The notes under the pieces are model-generated. The model was not told where the DNA came from, searched no databases, and worked only from the letters and a program-made list of their open reading frames with translations. 64,000 bases of DNA from Callorhinchus milii (Eukaryota), in contig NW_024704742.1 in the NCBI RefSeq assembly GCF_018977255.1, positions 43,650,001 through 43,714,000 of the forward strand, in the 5' to 3' direction. The translations under genes and the position numbers were made by a program. The number at the start of each line of letters is the position of its first letter. Position 1 is the first letter of the stretch. Below, piece by piece: positions 63,409-64,000 of this stretch.

Positions 63409-64000
63409 GACATTTCAAGAAAAGCAAGAAAAGCAACCTCTTTTTGTGCCAATGCATACATTTCTCATTTTCCACTGCAGGCGTCATTTTGACCTCTGTG
63501 CATAAAACTGTAAAATTGGTATGCATCAAAGAGTGCTGAATTATGAGCAGTTGACTCACATTCAATAGGAATTGGGTTACGCAAGGCCAAATTTGAATTT
63601 ACCTCAATTTAAAATATAATTGCTATGCACTGTGCTCAGCTCAACGCAACAACATTGACAATGGAATTTTTTCCCAAAATACATTTCATCACTCAAAAAA
63701 AACCCGTAGCTTATTGTTGTTGGTAGCAAAAATTAATTCCAGAACTCAAAGTGTAATTCATTATGAACTTCACATATTTTCACGAATTTCTAAAGCAATC
63801 AAAATCAGCTATATGACAGTTCCGGATTTTGGCTAAGTTTGTTCTTGAGGAGGCTGTTATGCTCCTGCACTTCATAATATAAGTATAATTTGAAATAAAG
63901 TCCGTATTCACTCCCCAATCTACCACTCGGCTCCTCCGCTCAACTGGGACTGGCACTGGCCTCCTGCTCGTCCCTCATGCGTTCCATCCTACCATTGAAG

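Overview
Eukaryotic, repeat-rich vertebrate DNA; the repeat families suggest a cartilaginous fish (shark/chimaera type), which is an inference. Two spliced genes lie on the minus strand. CCDC149 has 11 coding exons between 24893 and 576, and its 3' end runs off the window start. LGI2 is complete, with 8 exons from 49178 to 30058 encoding 537 aa. The CCDC149-LGI2 adjacency matches the known vertebrate arrangement. The rest is introns and intergenic DNA with L2 and CR1 LINE fragments, a young tRNA-headed SINE family, older Deu-type SINEs, a PIF/Harbinger transposase fossil, Penelope-like repeat remnants (one with a decayed minimal hammerhead ribozyme) and long low-complexity tracts. Most six-frame ORFs are spurious. 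I found no convincing new multi-gene system. The best leads are the hammerhead remnant, a candidate start-switching cassette exon and a GC-AG intron in CCDC149, and the cloverleaf-preserving SINE head. Repeat boundaries are approximate and set by eye.
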